From Betaproteobacteria bacterium (GTDB lineage Bacteria > Pseudomonadota > Gammaproteobacteria > Burkholderiales > SG8-39): 64,000 nucleotides of DNA. The notes under the pieces are model-generated. The model was not told where the DNA came from. It worked only from the letters and a program-made list of their open reading frames with translations, and searched no databases. Positions 62,659-64,000 of the stretch are shown in pieces. The DNA is taken from the NCBI GenBank assembly GCA_004298385.1, contig SCTX01000057.1, positions 515-64,514 on the forward strand, read 5' to 3'. The position numbers and the translations under genes are program-made. Positions within the stretch are counted from its first letter, which is position 1; each line of letters begins with the position of its first letter.

Positions 62659-64000
62659 GCCGCCTGCTCGATCATCTGAAGAATGCCGAACGCAAGCGCC
62701 GCGATTTGCGCGAGCGACGTTCCAAGACTGTGGATGCAACTGCCAACCCACCGGATAAGGCCAGACCGGCTGCGCCAGCCGGGACTCCCGGCGGCCACAA
62801 GAAATCTGCGGCGAAGGCGAGCTCGGCCGAGGACGAGCGCTATTGGGCCGAGGTCAGGAGGCGGCTTGCTGAAGTGGAGCAGCAGCGCCGGATGAGGGAT
62901 TCGCTTTCGCCGGACGAAGTGCGCGCACTGGCGCAGGCCGCCTATTCGCTGGACGAAGTGCATGTGCTGGCGCAGGCCGCGGGGGCCAAGGCTCAGTTGG
63001 CGCAGATCGAAGCCGAAACGCAGAAGCGCGAGGCTCTCGAGCGCGAGGCTGCCAAGGCCGCTGCCGAGAAAGCGCGGCTAGAACAGGAGGCGCGGAACCA
63101 GGCGCGGCAGCGCGAGGGCGCCGAGCGCAAGCTGCGCGAAGCCGCGGAGCAGCGCGCGCATAGCGAGGCCGAGGCCCTGCGCATGGCGGAGCAGCGAGCG
63201 CAAGCGGACACGCAAGCCGCGGCCGAGGTCAAGGCGCGGATCGCCGCCGAGCAGGCTGCCCAGGCGCAGGAACGGCAGCGCCGCGAAGCCGAGGTTCAAG
63301 CCGAGGCGCAAGCCCGCCAGCGCGCCGTCCTGGAGCAGGTCGCGCTCGAAGAGATCGCGCGGCGGAGTAAAGCAACGGCGCGCGCGAATGTCGCAGCGTC
63401 GCAGCGTTTGCTGGCAGAGCAGCAGGCGAAGTCAGCGGCCGAAGCGAAGCTCGCCGCCGAGCGCGAAGCCGAAGCACGCGCAACCGAGCTAGCCGCAGCC
63501 GAGCGCGGCGCGCACGACCTTGCACAAACACGAATAAAGGCGGAACAGGCGGCGGAACAGGCGGCGCGCGCGCGCGCGGACGCCGAAGCGCGCAGTATGG
63601 CCGAGGCGCAGGCGCGCTCGGCGGCGGATCAGGCGTTGGCGCAGGCGGCGCGCGCGCGCGTGGAGGCGGAGGCGCAACTGCAGGCGAACCTCGAGGCGCG
63701 CAAGCTGGCCGAAGCGCAAGCCTCGCAGGCCGCGGCGACCCGTGCCCGGGCTGAGGCGGAGGCCGACGGGGCCGCGTCCCAAACCCATGCGGCGCGGCTG
63801 GAAATCGAGCGGCAGTCGATCGAGCAGACAAAGGCGCGCGAAGCGGCGGAGCTTGAGGCCGGAGCGGTGGCGGAACGGAACGCGCACATGCAGCGGGAAG
63901 CTGCGGCGCTGGCGCAACAGCGCCAGGCGGCTGAAGCGGCGCTGACGCAGGCCGCAGAACGTCGCGCGCAAGCGGAGTGGGAACAGGAAGCTGCAGCGCG
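62655..64000 (+). CDS. Ala/Glu/Arg/Gln-rich coiled-coil protein, N-terminal 448 codons (3' end outside the window)
   Basis: ATG overlaps the stub stop (ATGA). The frame (position mod 3 = 0) stays open to the window end and is absent from the ORF track because it never terminates. N-terminus is MSRLLDHLKNAERKRRDL, followed by several hundred residues of AEAEA/QAAR-type repeats. Confidence 0.7.
   Translation, partial: MSRLLDHLKNAERKRRDLRERRSKTVDATANPPDKARPAAPAGTPGGHKKSAAKASSAEDERYWAEVRRRLAEVEQQRRMRDSLSPDEVRALAQAAYSLDEVHVLAQAAGAKAQLAQIEAETQKREALEREAAKAAAEKARLEQEARNQARQREGAERKLREAAEQRAHSEAEALRMAEQRAQADTQAAAEVKARIAAEQAAQAQERQRREAEVQAEAQARQRAVLEQVALEEIARRSKATARANVAASQRLLAEQQAKSAAEAKLAAEREAEARATELAAAERGAHDLAQTRIKAEQAAEQAARARADAEARSMAEAQARSAADQALAQAARARVEAEAQLQANLEARKLAEAQASQAAATRARAEAEADGAASQTHAARLEIERQSIEQTKAREAAELEAGAVAERNAHMQREAAALAQQRQAAEAALTQAAERRAQAEWEQEAAA

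Noticed and set aside
63078-63971. Minus-strand ORFs of 77-200 aa (63078-63311, 63229-63831, 63489-63971, 63629-63889)
   Set aside because: They are mirror artefacts of the GC-rich Ala/Glu/Arg codon repeats of the plus-strand coiled-coil gene, giving Arg/Ala/Pro/Ser-rich nonsense.

Overview
This is a high-G+C bacterial chromosome segment. Gene order and protein families suggest a betaproteobacterium, but the taxon is inference only. All calls come from reading the sequence and ORF translations by eye. No searches or folding programs were run, so hairpin and repeat coordinates are good to a few nt.

I call about 70 genes, and almost all are core housekeeping. In window order they are:
- the ubiquinone assembly cluster ubiE / Tim44-like / ubiJ / ubiB
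- phoBR with a Pho box
- a giant DUF3683 FAD/Fe-S oxidoreductase, then polA and ppk2
- lipA-lipB-ybeD-dat-dac
- the rod-shape cluster mreBCD-mrdA-rodA, followed by two tandem rlpA paralogs
- gatCAB, pyrE and xth
- a yqjD/E/K-like operon, ampG and metXW
- a permease-less PTS (ptsI-HPr-EIIA-Man) next to gshB
- one tRNA-Arg(CCG)
- rng-maf-rlmH-rsfS-nadD-proA
- a two-subunit acyl-CoA dehydrogenase pair facing an LLM flavin oxidoreductase

I do not see a clear multi-gene novel system such as a defence island, CRISPR array or prophage. The observations most worth a second look are:
1. A 1.8-kb integrase-less islet bounded by an exact 27-bp duplication of the tRNA-Arg 3' end. It carries only two toxin-antitoxin modules (one toxin has no start codon) plus CGCTAGC repeats.
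2. Four long intercistronic hairpins placed exactly between a stop codon and the next start codon in core operons. Two of them share a 21-nt motif that begins at the stop codon.
3. A 5' stub of homoserine kinase (thrB), with the rest of the gene missing.
4. A structured, terminator-ended leader upstream of metX that looks like an OFF riboswitch.
5. An SGNH-fold protein coupled to polA in which the catalytic Ser and His are both replaced.
6. A two-copy, roughly 80-nt structured intergenic element with compensatory stem changes.
7. A 534-aa uncharacterised protein with a PilZ-like C-terminus, co-operonic with a HIT hydrolase.
8. A low-G+C mosaic patch with an insertion inside gatB.
9. An open-ended Ala/Glu/Arg/Gln-rich coiled-coil protein at the right edge, sitting behind a truncated SDR stub.

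Many long ORFs in the supplied track are GC-rich shadow frames and were rejected.
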